Below, one piece after another: positions 63,341 to 64,000 of a stretch of DNA of 64,000 bases. Below the pieces are notes generated by a model that saw only the letters and a list, made by a program, of their open reading frames with translations, was not told the DNA's origin and did no database searches. The stretch's first letter is position 1, and each line of letters begins with the position of its first letter. The stretch is from Epiperipatus broadwayi (Eukaryota; Animalia; Onychophora): positions 29,760,001 through 29,824,000 of the forward strand of contig JAQFVV010000001.1 of assembly GCA_028023455.1 (NCBI GenBank), written 5' to 3'. Both the position numbers and the translations under genes were made by a program.

Positions 63341-64000
63341 ATTTAGACATAAAAAGGTCATAGAGTTAACAAAGATGACGTTGTGAAAATGAAATGGGGT
63401 AGGATAGAGAAGAATATGGAAAAACTTAGGTTGGGAAAAGGAAAGAAAAGGTGACTAATAAGTTTCTCTGGGCATAGTGGCTGAAAAATTCCTGACTGCG
63501 ATTAAGGAGTAACCATAACACATCACATTACATGACCAACAAGAAAGGAATAATATTTTATATCATTTCAAGTAACCTGGTCATAATCCTATTCACAACA
63601 ATAAAATTAGTTGCTACGATACATGAACACTCATGCAAGCTAAATATCTCTTTATTACTACCCTAAAAATGGACTAAACGTTGATGATAGAAAGGTAACG
63701 CTATGGAAATAATGCAACTTATTTCTTACATCATCAACAAATTAAAAATTCAAATGTGCGAATTAAAACACAATAAAATCTTAATTTTCGTTAAATATAC
63801 AATTCAATTAATCTATCTGATCACAATTTAAATCCCTATCTTATCAACTTCCTAGATCTCACTCCAAATCTTTTATAATCAATGTTTAACTAACTAAATT
63901 CTCTTTTAAATAACTATTAATGTATCTATAAGAGAGGTATGCATGAAAATGACATTACAATTGTCATGATGATTAAAAAGGAACCACCTGAACAATCACT

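Overview
Very AT-rich animal (probably arthropod; inference) genomic DNA, with no prokaryotic features. The only host gene I can support is GINS4/SLD5 on the minus strand. Four GT-AG exons (49930-49983, 49674-49771, 43164-43252, 16169-16259) splice in frame to LQRIRFVLSSYLRIRLEKIEKFSQYILNKDLQRESNDPVLLSDEEKNFLEDYLRHTKNHFQVLALRHMPSNLQIMDPTKTVLQPNLDSHVFLKVNENINGVVIQSDHSEN. I did not find the first or last coding exons; they probably lie outside the window. Everything else is intron filled with mobile-element debris. This includes a complete but disabled Mag-like Ty3/Gypsy element (37051-42150, direct LTRs, 5-bp TSD), hAT and piggyBac derivatives, LINE and Penelope-like remnants, a tRNA-derived SINE head, a 2.3-kb tandem duplication and several fold-back hairpins. 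Two features stand out. (1) A concatemer of a 428-bp unit at about 7975-10008 in which each unit carries a canonical minimal type I hammerhead ribozyme (retrozyme/Penelope-like), four of them on the GINS4 sense strand. (2) An older Gypsy gag-pol element at 16998-22040 with a PBS and PPT in the normal places but with ~660-bp terminal repeats that are inverted rather than direct, apparently flanked by a 4-bp TSD. All alignments and translations were done by eye; no database searches were run.
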